Origin: an uncultured Alphaproteobacteria bacterium
Lineage (GTDB): Bacteria; Pseudomonadota; Alphaproteobacteria; CAAHEQ01; UBA3637
Direction: 5' to 3'
Length of the DNA: 55,023 bases
NCBI GenBank assembly: GCA_949282845.1
Contig: CASDQF010000034.1
Location: 1-55,023 of the forward strand
The notes beneath the pieces are model-generated. The model was not told the origin of the DNA. It saw nothing but the letters and a program-made list of their open reading frames with translations, and made no database searches. Positions 1-9,048 of this stretch are shown here, in pieces; the stretch's first letter is position 1, and the number at the start of each line of letters is the position of its first letter. Position numbers and translations under genes: made by a program.

Positions 1-100
1 AAAAAGACAGGAAAAAAAGAAGTATGGCTGTCAACACAAAGGAAGCCAGCAAAAGTAAGCCCAATGACTTCAGTCCTTGACTTTTAAATGTAAATGTCAT
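1..100 (-). CDS. Partial CDS (N-terminus only) with an N-terminal membrane anchor, divergent from rluD
   Basis: ATG at 100-98 preceded by GAGGA. My translation is MTFTFKSQGLKSLGLLLLASFVLTAILLFFLSF, open to the window edge. Confidence 0.6.
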   Translation of the reverse strand, partial: MTFTFKSQGLKSLGLLLLASFVLTAILLFFLSF

Positions 101-208
101 TCATTATCCTCTTCTTCCCAAAAGATTTCCTTTTTATTATGCGTTAAGAAAGTGAATTTTTCGTTAACAGTGCTTTCTTTTTAATGCTGCCCATGCTATG
201 ATCTGCCT

Positions 209-1132
209 ATGACGAAAACAAAATTGATGACAGCACTTGTCGACCCAGAAAATAAAGGTATGCGATTGGATAAATTCCTGAGTATTCGCTTACCTTTTTC
301 CAGGTCACGAATAGCCGCTTTGATTGAAAACGGACATGTTTTACCTTCACTTGCCGCGGACACAAAAGTCAAGCCAGGTCAAGTTTTTACAGTTAATATA
401 CCTGAAGCAATTGAAGCAACACCACGTCCTCAAAAAATCGAACTGAATATTTTATATGAAGATGCTGATTTAATTGTCATAGATAAACCGGCAGGAATGG
501 TTGTTCATCCGGGGGCCGGTAATTTTGAAGGAACTCTTGTAAATGCTCTTTTAGCACATTGCGGGAATAGCTTATCCGGTATCGGCGGCGTTAAACGACC
601 TGGTATCGTTCATCGTATAGATAAAGAAACAAGTGGTATCTTAGCTATTGCCAAAAATGATATGGCTCACCAGAAACTCTCTGAACAATTTGCCTGTCAC
701 AGTATCCAACGTGTTTATCAAGCTGTTGTTTACGGTATTCCTTTACCTCAAGGGAAAATTGAAGGAAATATCGGAAGAAGTCCTCGAAACCGTCAGAAAA
801 TGGCTATTGTTTCAACAGGTGGAAAACCCGCTGTCACACATTACAAACTCATCAAAAAACTTTATCAAGAACGAGCTGCTTTGATTGAATGTCGTCTTGA
901 AACCGGACGAACACATCAAATCCGAGTTCACATGACTTCTATCGGTCATCCCTTAGTCGGCGATAAAACATACGGAAATCCGCCAAAAGGAACTCCGGAT
1001 ATTCTACGACAATTTCCACGTCAGGCACTTCATGCTGCTGTGCTAACCTTTGTTCATCCTCGAACAGGAGAAACATTAAGCTTTTCCACTCCACTTCCGG
1101 AAGATATGTCTTGTTTAGTTAAAAATGGATAA
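209..1132 (+). CDS. rluD: 23S rRNA pseudouridine synthase, RluA/RluD family
   Basis: S4-like N-terminus (RLDKFL), KPAGMVVHP, catalytic HRIDKETSG, TGRTHQIRVH, RQALHA. Confidence 0.93.
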   Translation: MTKTKLMTALVDPENKGMRLDKFLSIRLPFSRSRIAALIENGHVLPSLAADTKVKPGQVFTVNIPEAIEATPRPQKIELNILYEDADLIVIDKPAGMVVHPGAGNFEGTLVNALLAHCGNSLSGIGGVKRPGIVHRIDKETSGILAIAKNDMAHQKLSEQFACHSIQRVYQAVVYGIPLPQGKIEGNIGRSPRNRQKMAIVSTGGKPAVTHYKLIKKLYQERAALIECRLETGRTHQIRVHMTSIGHPLVGDKTYGNPPKGTPDILRQFPRQALHAAVLTFVHPRTGETLSFSTPLPEDMSCLVKNG

Positions 1133-1133
1133 T

Positions 1134-1907
1134 TTAACGATCTTTTTCTAACAACTTTTCCACGGCAGGATACACTTGTCCTTCTCCATGCGGCTGTGTA
1201 TGAGAATGTGGCTTTTGTTTCGGTGGAGGCATAACTCCAGCTTTCTTTAAATCTTGACGAGCAGATAACTCTTCATCAGAAAAGCGAACCGGATGTCGAC
1301 CTTCTTCAAATATTTCATAAGAACTATCGTGCCATAACTCCTTCAGATGTTGTTTCAAACGAAACAACCCTTTTTCTTTCTGATGAGAGGATTTTTCTTC
1401 CGATTTTGCAGATGATAATGTTTGTGCTTTTGACATCTGAACAGCATTTTTAATATCTAATGCGCCATTTAAAATTCGCCCTCCCAAAGCGCCGACGATA
1501 ACACTGGAAGCACCGACAGCAGCAATAGGACCAAAAATTGCAGGCAAAGCCATTGCGGTTGGAACGGCCGCACTTATTGCCATAACGGTGACAGCACTCC
1601 ATGCCGCTGTTTTCAAAATTCCGTTTGTTAAAGATGGTTTTGACTTATTATCTGTCTGAACAGGAGCTTTAACAGCATACTTTCCATTTTGATATGCTTT
1701 TTTTAAATTATTTTTTAATGGCTTTCCTATTTTCCATAAACCAACACCGCCGATACCCGCAGCTATCCCGGCGCCTATCGGACCGCCCACAATAACTGTC
1801 GAAGCATATGCGACAATACCGACCGCGGTCAGAGCACTGAGACAAAGCCCTGAAATCCCTGCTGCCATAAAAGCTTTATTACGAAATTCATCTGCTTGTC
1901 CTGACAT
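1134..1907 (-). CDS. Hypothetical membrane protein with two Gly/Ala-rich hydrophobic repeats
   Basis: 257-aa ORF with two similar hydrophobic segments (…GGPIGAGIAAG… and …FGPIAAVGASS…) and a polar C-terminal tail. Confidence 0.7.
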   Translation of the reverse strand: MSGQADEFRNKAFMAAGISGLCLSALTAVGIVAYASTVIVGGPIGAGIAAGIGGVGLWKIGKPLKNNLKKAYQNGKYAVKAPVQTDNKSKPSLTNGILKTAAWSAVTVMAISAAVPTAMALPAIFGPIAAVGASSVIVGALGGRILNGALDIKNAVQMSKAQTLSSAKSEEKSSHQKEKGLFRLKQHLKELWHDSSYEIFEEGRHPVRFSDEELSARQDLKKAGVMPPPKQKPHSHTQPHGEGQVYPAVEKLLEKDR

Positions 1908-1977
1908 TATTTTACCCTTTCTCTTTTTAATTTATTCTATTGTATTTTATCATAAAAAAATCTATCTCACAAGATTT

Positions 1978-3705
1978 CTAACGCCCTGCTTCCACTTGCT
2001 TTAAAAGTGCCGGATTTGCACTTGGTTGTTTCTCTTGAACTTGGCTCTCTTTTTGTAAAGTGTTTTTCAAACTTTTTTGTCTCACCTCGTACTCTTCACG
2101 GCTCCAATATCTTTTACCATTGTGATAATATGCATCCGGCTTACCGTTTCGAAAAGCTTCTCCATGCCGCACACCGGCTTTCCATGATACTTCCTCTACC
2201 ACAACGGAACCTGATATCGATCGTTCCGTATGTTCAACACCATCCTTTAAACCATCCTTATAGTTCGTCCAGTTTTTACCTTGAATTTCAAGACCGTTTT
2301 TAGCTCCGTCCTTATATGTCGTCCGACGACGTAATTCTCCATTCTGAGCATACTCATAGAAAACGCCTTCTTTCCCTTCTTGATAAGCTTTTTCGGAAGA
2401 AAGAACCTGACCATTTGGTGCAAAATATTCCAAAACTTCCCCCTGAGCATTCCTTTTTTCATGAACTTGCTGATTAGGATAATAAGTTGTACTTGCACCA
2501 TCACATAAAACCGTCTTTTGTCGAACTCCGTTATTCGAATAATATGTTTCATCCAAACCAAGAGCCACATTCCCGTCCTTTATCACCGTTTTACCATCCG
2601 CCGCATAAACTTTGGCTGACAAACATTGCCCATTTTGATCGAAAGTGTTTTCAATGACTTTAACATCTTTCACAAAACCGGTTGCCGTCAATCGTCCTTC
2701 TGTATTTTCTTTTAATGCTAAACGGCTCAAAGATGTCTTTACTTCATCTTTTGAAACAGACACCCCCCAACCAGCATCCATATTTTCTTTAAAATATTCC
2801 GGCGTTAAATCCACGCCCATTTTTTCAGCAAACTGTTCAAACAACCGATCAGCCTCGTTGCTGCCTTTTTGAAAGCGAATGCTTTGAATGTTAGCGACCA
2901 AATTTCGAGCGCTTTGTTGATCATAAACGATATTCCAATCCCCAACAACTTTGTAAGCTTTTCCTGTTTCGTTACGGCCAAAAAGATTTAACGGAACTTG
3001 ATACAGCGGCATATTTTGATCTTCCCACAGAACCTTTGCTAATTCAGTCTTTGCATAACGAACTGCTTTCTCAGTATCTCCATTAAATTTTTCTTCTCCT
3101 GCCTCTTTAAAATCTTGATAAAGAGGAAGTAATGCGACAAACATATCTCCTTTTTGCGTCGTCATATTTTTTTCATCTGCCATGACAGTATCCTGCAGCT
3201 TAGTCTCTAACTCCAGCAATTTTCCGGCGATAAAAGCGTCTTTCAAATTATCATATACGATTGTATGACCATTGATTTCTCGTTTTGTTTGCACATCATG
3301 TGTCAATTCATGCCCTAAAGCAACTTCATCAACATCTCGATAATTTAAATTAAGCGTAACACCCTGCATCGAACCTTGATAAAGAGCTCCCATTCCATGC
3401 TCTAAATAGCCGAATCTTAGAGGAACTTTTTCTCCTGTCCGATGATAAGTTTCTTCCAAAGAAGTCTGCACTTTACGCCCTTCGGCTGTCTGACCCAGTT
3501 TTTGATAATAATCCCATAACTTTTCTTTATCTTTTTCCGTTCCAAACAGCTGAACAGGTGCTTTTTCTTTAGCATAATCTGTATAAGTTTGCGTGATGAC
3601 CGGACCACGCGGTACTTCATGCTTCTCCGCAGCAAAGGATGGCTCTGCGAAAAGCATTGAGCTCGCAGCAATTCCCGTTAACAAAACTTGCTTAAAGCGA
3701 TCCAT
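1978..3705 (-). CDS. Putative exported HExxH metallopeptidase-like protein with MORN-variant repeats
   Basis: Signal-peptide-like N-terminus (…EPSFA|AE), GHELTHD motif, C-terminal YKDGxKxG / YYPN / YAxNG repeats. Confidence 0.65.
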   Translation of the reverse strand: MDRFKQVLLTGIAASSMLFAEPSFAAEKHEVPRGPVITQTYTDYAKEKAPVQLFGTEKDKEKLWDYYQKLGQTAEGRKVQTSLEETYHRTGEKVPLRFGYLEHGMGALYQGSMQGVTLNLNYRDVDEVALGHELTHDVQTKREINGHTIVYDNLKDAFIAGKLLELETKLQDTVMADEKNMTTQKGDMFVALLPLYQDFKEAGEEKFNGDTEKAVRYAKTELAKVLWEDQNMPLYQVPLNLFGRNETGKAYKVVGDWNIVYDQQSARNLVANIQSIRFQKGSNEADRLFEQFAEKMGVDLTPEYFKENMDAGWGVSVSKDEVKTSLSRLALKENTEGRLTATGFVKDVKVIENTFDQNGQCLSAKVYAADGKTVIKDGNVALGLDETYYSNNGVRQKTVLCDGASTTYYPNQQVHEKRNAQGEVLEYFAPNGQVLSSEKAYQEGKEGVFYEYAQNGELRRRTTYKDGAKNGLEIQGKNWTNYKDGLKDGVEHTERSISGSVVVEEVSWKAGVRHGEAFRNGKPDAYYHNGKRYWSREEYEVRQKSLKNTLQKESQVQEKQPSANPALLKQVEAGR

Positions 3706-3775
3706 TTCATCACCTCTTAAGCTTTATTATACTTCAAAAAGCTTTAAAAATCAAATTTATCTCTTCCAAAAATAA

Positions 3776-4378
3776 TTAATATTTCTTGGGAAAATACTCT
3801 TTGCCAACTTGCCACAAATATTGATCTATTTGTTTTAAATTAAATTTATCAAGATGATAAAATGATTGAAAATCTAAAAGGATTTTTTTGAATTTAGGAT
3901 AGTTTTTTAAATCAATATTTTCAAAATCAGAAAATTTATCTTTTTTCTTAAAATATCTTAAAACGATTTCAACATAACTATCATAAATTGGAAAATCAAC
4001 CGGCTTATGATGACTACAATACTTTGTCGCAAAAGAATAAAAATTTTTTATTTTTCCTGAAATCTCTACTTTTTTTATATCATCGACAAGAGACATATCT
4101 TTTTTCTCTAACCGACAATCTATATTCAATTGTTGTATATGTTTTGCAACAGGAAATACAGAAAAGATGTTTGTACTGTAAAAGTCATTAAGAACAGATA
4201 CTTTTAATAAAATATCACTCATATCCTTATTATTTGGACAAAGCTGCCTAAACAATTTATTCAAGGCATTTTCCTGAAGATTATAGTTTTCTAATTCATT
4301 CCAACGAAGCAAAAAAAATTCTACTTGCTCTAACGAAGGGTTCGGAACATTTATCGTTTCATAGTGCATTTTACACAA
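3776..4378 (-). CDS. Hypothetical protein, possibly HhH-glycosylase-like fold
   Basis: 200-aa very AT-rich ORF with SFATKYCSHH…FPIYD and DQYLW motifs, immediately downstream of tRNA-Gln. Confidence 0.65.
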   Translation of the reverse strand: MCKMHYETINVPNPSLEQVEFFLLRWNELENYNLQENALNKLFRQLCPNNKDMSDILLKVSVLNDFYSTNIFSVFPVAKHIQQLNIDCRLEKKDMSLVDDIKKVEISGKIKNFYSFATKYCSHHKPVDFPIYDSYVEIVLRYFKKKDKFSDFENIDLKNYPKFKKILLDFQSFYHLDKFNLKQIDQYLWQVGKEYFPKKY

Positions 4379-4491
4379 TCTCCTTAAATTAGGTTGCGCT
4401 TATTGCTATTATATAATCTAATCATTTTAGAAGCTACTTATAAAGTAACGCTACACAAAATATTAAAACAATTTTTAGGTAATTTAAAATC

Positions 4492-4565
4492 TGGCTGGGG
4501 TACCTGGACTCGAACCAAGACTGACGGAATCAGAATCCGCTGTCCTACCATTAGACGATACCCCA
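4492..4565 (-). tRNA. tRNA-Gln(CTG)
   Basis: Reverse complement TGGGGTATCGTCTAATGGTAGGACAGCGGATT-CTG-ATTCCGTCAGTCTTGGTTCGAGTCCAGGTACCCCAGCCA folds as a cloverleaf with encoded CCA. Confidence 0.96.
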
Positions 4566-4607
4566 ATAATTAAAAAACATATACATCTTTTTCCCAAAAA
4601 AAGCAAT

Positions 4608-4640
4608 AAAAAAAACGGCTCCTCAAAAAAGAAGCCGTTT
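4608..4640 (-). terminator. Intrinsic terminator after 4657..5070
   Basis: AAACGGCT/AGCCGTTT stem followed by a T-run on the minus strand. Confidence 0.65.
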
Positions 4641-4656
4641 CCAAATCCCTCTTTTC

Positions 4657-5070
4657 TTATTTAGAGGTTAAAATCGGCGTTAAATCTTTTGTATCCGCTT
4701 GAAACTTTTTAATCCATGGGGTAAAGCAAGCTTTGGCATCTTCCCCTTTAAAGTTCTCATTAAACGTTGTCGGGTTTGACAAGAGACCTTTTTCAAGCAA
4801 ACACGGCCAAGTCATCTCTGCCAACTCTTTATCTTTAACACGGCTAGCTAACGCTGTAACATAAGCCGTGATTTTATCGTCTGAAATGCCCTTTTGCTTC
4901 AAGGTGATAACAGCGCTTTTAAAAAATCCTTGGAGAAAATCGACATAAAACACTTGTTGCATTTTACCTTCATCTTCTGCGCTGGGCTTTACAGTCGAAG
5001 CCGGTGCTGCCGAAGCGCTAAAGGCGCCAAAAAGAGCAACCAGCATTAAACTAAAAATAATTTTTTTCAT
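4657..5070 (-). CDS. Hypothetical exported protein
   Basis: Classical signal peptide MKKIIFSLMLVALFGAFSASA; AGGAG RBS; two Cys. Confidence 0.8.
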   Translation of the reverse strand: MKKIIFSLMLVALFGAFSASAAPASTVKPSAEDEGKMQQVFYVDFLQGFFKSAVITLKQKGISDDKITAYVTALASRVKDKELAEMTWPCLLEKGLLSNPTTFNENFKGEDAKACFTPWIKKFQADTKDLTPILTSK

Positions 5071-5146
5071 GTTTTATCTCCTTTTTTGTCTTTTTGTTTA
5101 CTATAGCTTATTCTTTTTCATTTGAAAAGAATAAAATAAAAAGAAA

Positions 5147-5728
5147 TTAAAATGGTAATGTCTCACCTTTTTCTTTAAAGAAACGTAAGCCTAATAAAAT
5201 AGAGTAAACATCAAATAAAGACTGATGTTCATGCCCAGAAGGCATCGGCAAGCCTAAAAAGGTTGTAATAGCTCCGGTGCTCACATTCCCTGAATAAATA
5301 TAACCGTACTTTTTATACATTTCCAAAAACCAAGGAAATAAATTATGAAACTCTAATTTAACAAATTCGTTTCCCAATCCATGAGCTAATAAATTTTCGC
5401 GCAAAACTGCTCCATCTCCCAATAAAACAGAAACGCCCGCTTGATCTTGTGAATAAGAATAGCAAGGATACCTCTCATCGAAAGCAACGAATTGTTTCCA
5501 GGCTTCTAAAAAAGGGATTCCTTTACTTGCTAAATCCTGATCTGTTAGTCCGGTTAAACGAATAAACGAGTCTGGTAATTCTTTTGTTTGTTCGGGCTTC
5601 ACCAAAGCATCAAAAGTATTATTTACAACTAATTTATCTGCATCCAACTTTAAAGCACTCAATCGAATCAGCTCTTTTGAACCTGAGCCCATTATAAATT
5701 CTGTATCAAAAAGAATGACTGTTTTCAT
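5147..5728 (-). CDS. DEDDh-family 3'-5' exonuclease
   Basis: ExoI FDTEF, LTGLT, ExoIII HQSLFDV. Confidence 0.8.
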   Translation of the reverse strand: MKTVILFDTEFIMGSGSKELIRLSALKLDADKLVVNNTFDALVKPEQTKELPDSFIRLTGLTDQDLASKGIPFLEAWKQFVAFDERYPCYSYSQDQAGVSVLLGDGAVLRENLLAHGLGNEFVKLEFHNLFPWFLEMYKKYGYIYSGNVSTGAITTFLGLPMPSGHEHQSLFDVYSILLGLRFFKEKGETLPF

Positions 5729-5870
5729 GTTTTTACCCTGTTCTTCATATATAATAAGTGAAAAATATGAAAAATCAACGACAAATTATGATAACATTTT
5801 TATTTTTTTCTTTTCATTTAAGCCAAAAGTGTCTTAGTCTAGAAAAAAGAACCGTTTAAAGGAGGAGAAA

Positions 5871-7850
5871 ATGAAATACACAAAATTATTTGAACCAGGC
5901 AAAATTGCTCATCTAGAAATCAAAAACCGCATGGCAATGGTAGCTTTAGCTATGGGGGTGGCAGACAGAGACCAAAGCATTGGTAAAAATTTTATGGCCT
6001 ATCTGATGGAACGAGCTAAAGGAGGCGTTGGGCTAATGTTTTTAGAAAATACCCGTGTTGACGATATTCACGGTGTTGCAGCTCAGTGCCAAGCCAGTGT
6101 TGCTCGAGATGATTTGATTCCTTCTTTAAAAAATGCTGTCGATAAAATTCATGCAGAAGGTGTTAAAATTTTCACCCAACTTCACCATCCTGGTCGAGAA
6201 ACTTTTACTTATTTGAATGGAAATGAGCCTTTATGGTCTTCGTCTAATAAATCTTGTGGTGTTTGCCAACAACCGACACATGAAATGACTACAAGCGAAG
6301 TAGAAGAAGTTATTGATAAGTTTATTCAAGGAGCTGTTCGTTCCCAAAAAGCCGGATTTGATGGCGTAGAACTCCATGCGGCGCACGGATATCTGATTTC
6401 TCAATTTCTAAGTCCTTATACAAATCAGAGAACAGATAGATTTGGCGGTAGTTTTAAAGGTCGTTTTGAATTTATTAAAGAAATCATTCTTGGCATTCAA
6501 CAAGCATGTGGAAAAGACTATCCCATTTCCGTTCGTCTAACGGTCGATGAATTATTAGCACCGAATGGTGTTAAAGAATACCTTACTTTAGAAGAAGGAC
6601 TACGTGTTGCTCAAGAACTTGAAAAATTAGGTATCGCTGTTTTAAATGTCTCTAATGGCATTTATGAATCTTTCAACTCTTTATCGGAACCTATTACTTA
6701 CCCTCAAGGTTGTCGAACAGAGTTAATTCGGACTATTCGAAAAGGTGTGAACTTACCGATTATTGCGGTCAACATGGTTAAAGAACCATGGTTCGCCGAA
6801 CAAATGCTCAAAGAAGGTTTAGTCGATTTTGTCGGATTGGGACGAGCATTAGTCGCCGATCCGGAATGGCCTTTAAAAGCCTATGAAGAACGAGAAGATG
6901 AGATCAATCGTTGTATTTCTTGTAATTTCTGCTTTGAAACTTTGGTCAGCGACACAATCCCCGGAAAAGGACCCGTTAAATGTGCCGTTAATGCCCGAGC
7001 CGCACGAGAAGCTTTGTATCCTTCTTTTGACAAAAATGGGGCCGGTCGCATCGTCGCCGTCATTGGAGCAGGTGTCGCCGGTTTAGAAGCTGCACGTGTC
7101 CTAGCTCTACGTGGGTTTACACCTGTCGTCCTGGAAAAAGAACATCAAGTGGGCGGACAAATTAATATTGCAAATAAACCTCCTTTAAAAGACAAAATTA
7201 ATTGGATTGTTGATTGGGAATTAAAACAATTATCTCTTTTGGGCGTAGAAATTAAAACAAGTGTTGTCGTAGATGCAAATTATCTAGAGAAAATGCATCC
7301 TTATGCTATTCTTCTGGCAACTGGCGCAGTTCCTATTCGCCCTCAAAATATTCCAGGCATAAACGGAGCAAATGTATTCACGGTTGATGAAGTTCTGAAT
7401 GGAAATCGAGATTTGGAAAATCGTCGGATTGCTTTAATCGGAACAGGCTCAACCGGTCTTGAGGTCGCCGAATTTTTAGCTGAAAGAGGCAATACACTTA
7501 CATTGATTGAAATGAAAGATAGTATTGGTAAAGATGTTTACGTTCAACATTACTTGGATGCTATGGATAAATTAAAGAAATATGATATTCAAAAACTACC
7601 GTCTCACCAATTAAAAGAAATTAAACCGACACAAGTTATTGTCACAAATCTTTTAACACAAACAGACGAAACATATAATACTGATGCTGTTGTTTTAGCT
7701 CTTGGCGTTAAACCGCTCAATGAGTTGGAAACAGTGGCAAAACAAATTTCAAACCATGTTTATGTCATTGGAGATGCAAAAGAACCTGGTCGAATTGAAT
7801 CCGCTATCCGAACAGCCTTTGAAGCCGCTTACAATTTGCCGGTTGAATAA
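5871..7850 (+). CDS. NADH:flavin oxidoreductase (OYE barrel plus 4Fe-4S plus FAD domain; dienoyl-CoA reductase/BaiCD-like architecture)
   Basis: QLHHPGR, GFDGVELHAAHGYLISQFLSP, CISCNFC…C, GAGVAGLEAA, ATGA, IGDA; AGGAGG RBS. Confidence 0.9.
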   Translation: MKYTKLFEPGKIAHLEIKNRMAMVALAMGVADRDQSIGKNFMAYLMERAKGGVGLMFLENTRVDDIHGVAAQCQASVARDDLIPSLKNAVDKIHAEGVKIFTQLHHPGRETFTYLNGNEPLWSSSNKSCGVCQQPTHEMTTSEVEEVIDKFIQGAVRSQKAGFDGVELHAAHGYLISQFLSPYTNQRTDRFGGSFKGRFEFIKEIILGIQQACGKDYPISVRLTVDELLAPNGVKEYLTLEEGLRVAQELEKLGIAVLNVSNGIYESFNSLSEPITYPQGCRTELIRTIRKGVNLPIIAVNMVKEPWFAEQMLKEGLVDFVGLGRALVADPEWPLKAYEEREDEINRCISCNFCFETLVSDTIPGKGPVKCAVNARAAREALYPSFDKNGAGRIVAVIGAGVAGLEAARVLALRGFTPVVLEKEHQVGGQINIANKPPLKDKINWIVDWELKQLSLLGVEIKTSVVVDANYLEKMHPYAILLATGAVPIRPQNIPGINGANVFTVDEVLNGNRDLENRRIALIGTGSTGLEVAEFLAERGNTLTLIEMKDSIGKDVYVQHYLDAMDKLKKYDIQKLPSHQLKEIKPTQVIVTNLLTQTDETYNTDAVVLALGVKPLNELETVAKQISNHVYVIGDAKEPGRIESAIRTAFEAAYNLPVE

Positions 7851-7867
7851 ACTAACTAAAGGGCTAG

Positions 7868-7912
7868 AAAGAGCGCTTTTTCGTTGACACATGAAAAGCG
7901 CTCTTTTAAACT
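7868..7912 (+). terminator. Terminator hairpin overlapping a sigma70-like promoter for the mla operon
   Basis: AAAGAGCGCTTTT/AAAAGCGCTCTTT inverted repeat; TTGACA at 7884-7889 in the loop and TAAACT 17 bp later. Confidence 0.6.
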
Positions 7913-7935
7913 ATTTATAAAAGAAAGGCTGGAAA

Positions 7936-9048
7936 ATGAGCTTAGACTACATTTTAACTCAAAAACGTCTCACCCTTTTATTAAAAGGGGATTTCTTGAG
8001 TTATGATGATATACAAGCCAAAAATAAACTGTTTCAAGAAATCAAAAAACATCACCCAACACGTATTGATATTAAAGCTCAAGATTTAGGAAAGTGGGAT
8101 TCGTCGTTGGTTATTATTTTATTTGAACTTCAAAAATTAGCTCTTAAAAAAGATATCTCTTTTCAAACAGATACTCTACCGCAGGGTTTAAAGAAGCTTC
8201 TTGATTTGGCTTTTGCTGTCCGACCGAAAACAACAACACAATCTGCTCTTCATATTGATTTCTTAGAAACGATAGGTAGTTTGGCATATGACTTTTATGA
8301 CACCTTCAAACGTGGTTTAAATTTCATTCATAAAACCCTAAAATCAATCAACCGTTTTATTGTCGGCAAAGCAATTATGCGCCGCATTGATTTATGGTTC
8401 GCTTTAGAAGACGCCGGGCCTAAAGCTATCGGAATTGTTTCTCTCATCAGTTTCATGGTCGGCTTAATTTTAGCTTTTGTCGGCGCTATTCAACTGAAAT
8501 CTTTTGGTGCTCAGATTTATGTTGCCAGTCTTGTTTCAATCGGCATGACACGTATTATGGGCGCTATTATGACAGGTATCATTATGGCTGGTCGTACGGG
8601 AGCCTCTTATGCGGCAACTATTGGAACAATGCAAGTTAACGAAGAATTAGATGCATTAAAAACAATGGGCTTTTCCAGAACTGATTTTCTGGTTTTACCG
8701 CGAATTTTAGCGCTCACTTTAACAATGCCTCTTTTAACAATGCTTTCTGATTTTATGGGGATACTGGGAGGTGCGGCGGTCGGTGTCTTTATGTTGGATA
8801 TTTCTCCGCAAGAATATTGGCAATATTCTGTTGATGCCTTTGACTTAACCAATTTTTTTGTTGGGCTTTTTCATGGTCTTGTTTTTGGATGGGTTATTGC
8901 TTTGTGTGGATGTTATTATGGTATTTACTCCGGTCGAAATGCCGACGGGGTCGGAATAGCGACAACAAAAGCTGTCGTATCGGCTATTGTTTGGATGATT
9001 GTAATGACAGGTATCATCACATGGATATGTGAGGTAATAGGCATATGA
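7936..9048 (+). CDS. mlaE: MlaE-family ABC permease with N-terminal STAS-like domain
   Basis: WDSS in the STAS-like part; AGRTGASYAATIGTMQVNEELDAL; GVGIATTKAVV. Confidence 0.88.
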   Translation: MSLDYILTQKRLTLLLKGDFLSYDDIQAKNKLFQEIKKHHPTRIDIKAQDLGKWDSSLVIILFELQKLALKKDISFQTDTLPQGLKKLLDLAFAVRPKTTTQSALHIDFLETIGSLAYDFYDTFKRGLNFIHKTLKSINRFIVGKAIMRRIDLWFALEDAGPKAIGIVSLISFMVGLILAFVGAIQLKSFGAQIYVASLVSIGMTRIMGAIMTGIIMAGRTGASYAATIGTMQVNEELDALKTMGFSRTDFLVLPRILALTLTMPLLTMLSDFMGILGGAAVGVFMLDISPQEYWQYSVDAFDLTNFFVGLFHGLVFGWVIALCGCYYGIYSGRNADGVGIATTKAVVSAIVWMIVMTGIITWICEVIGI

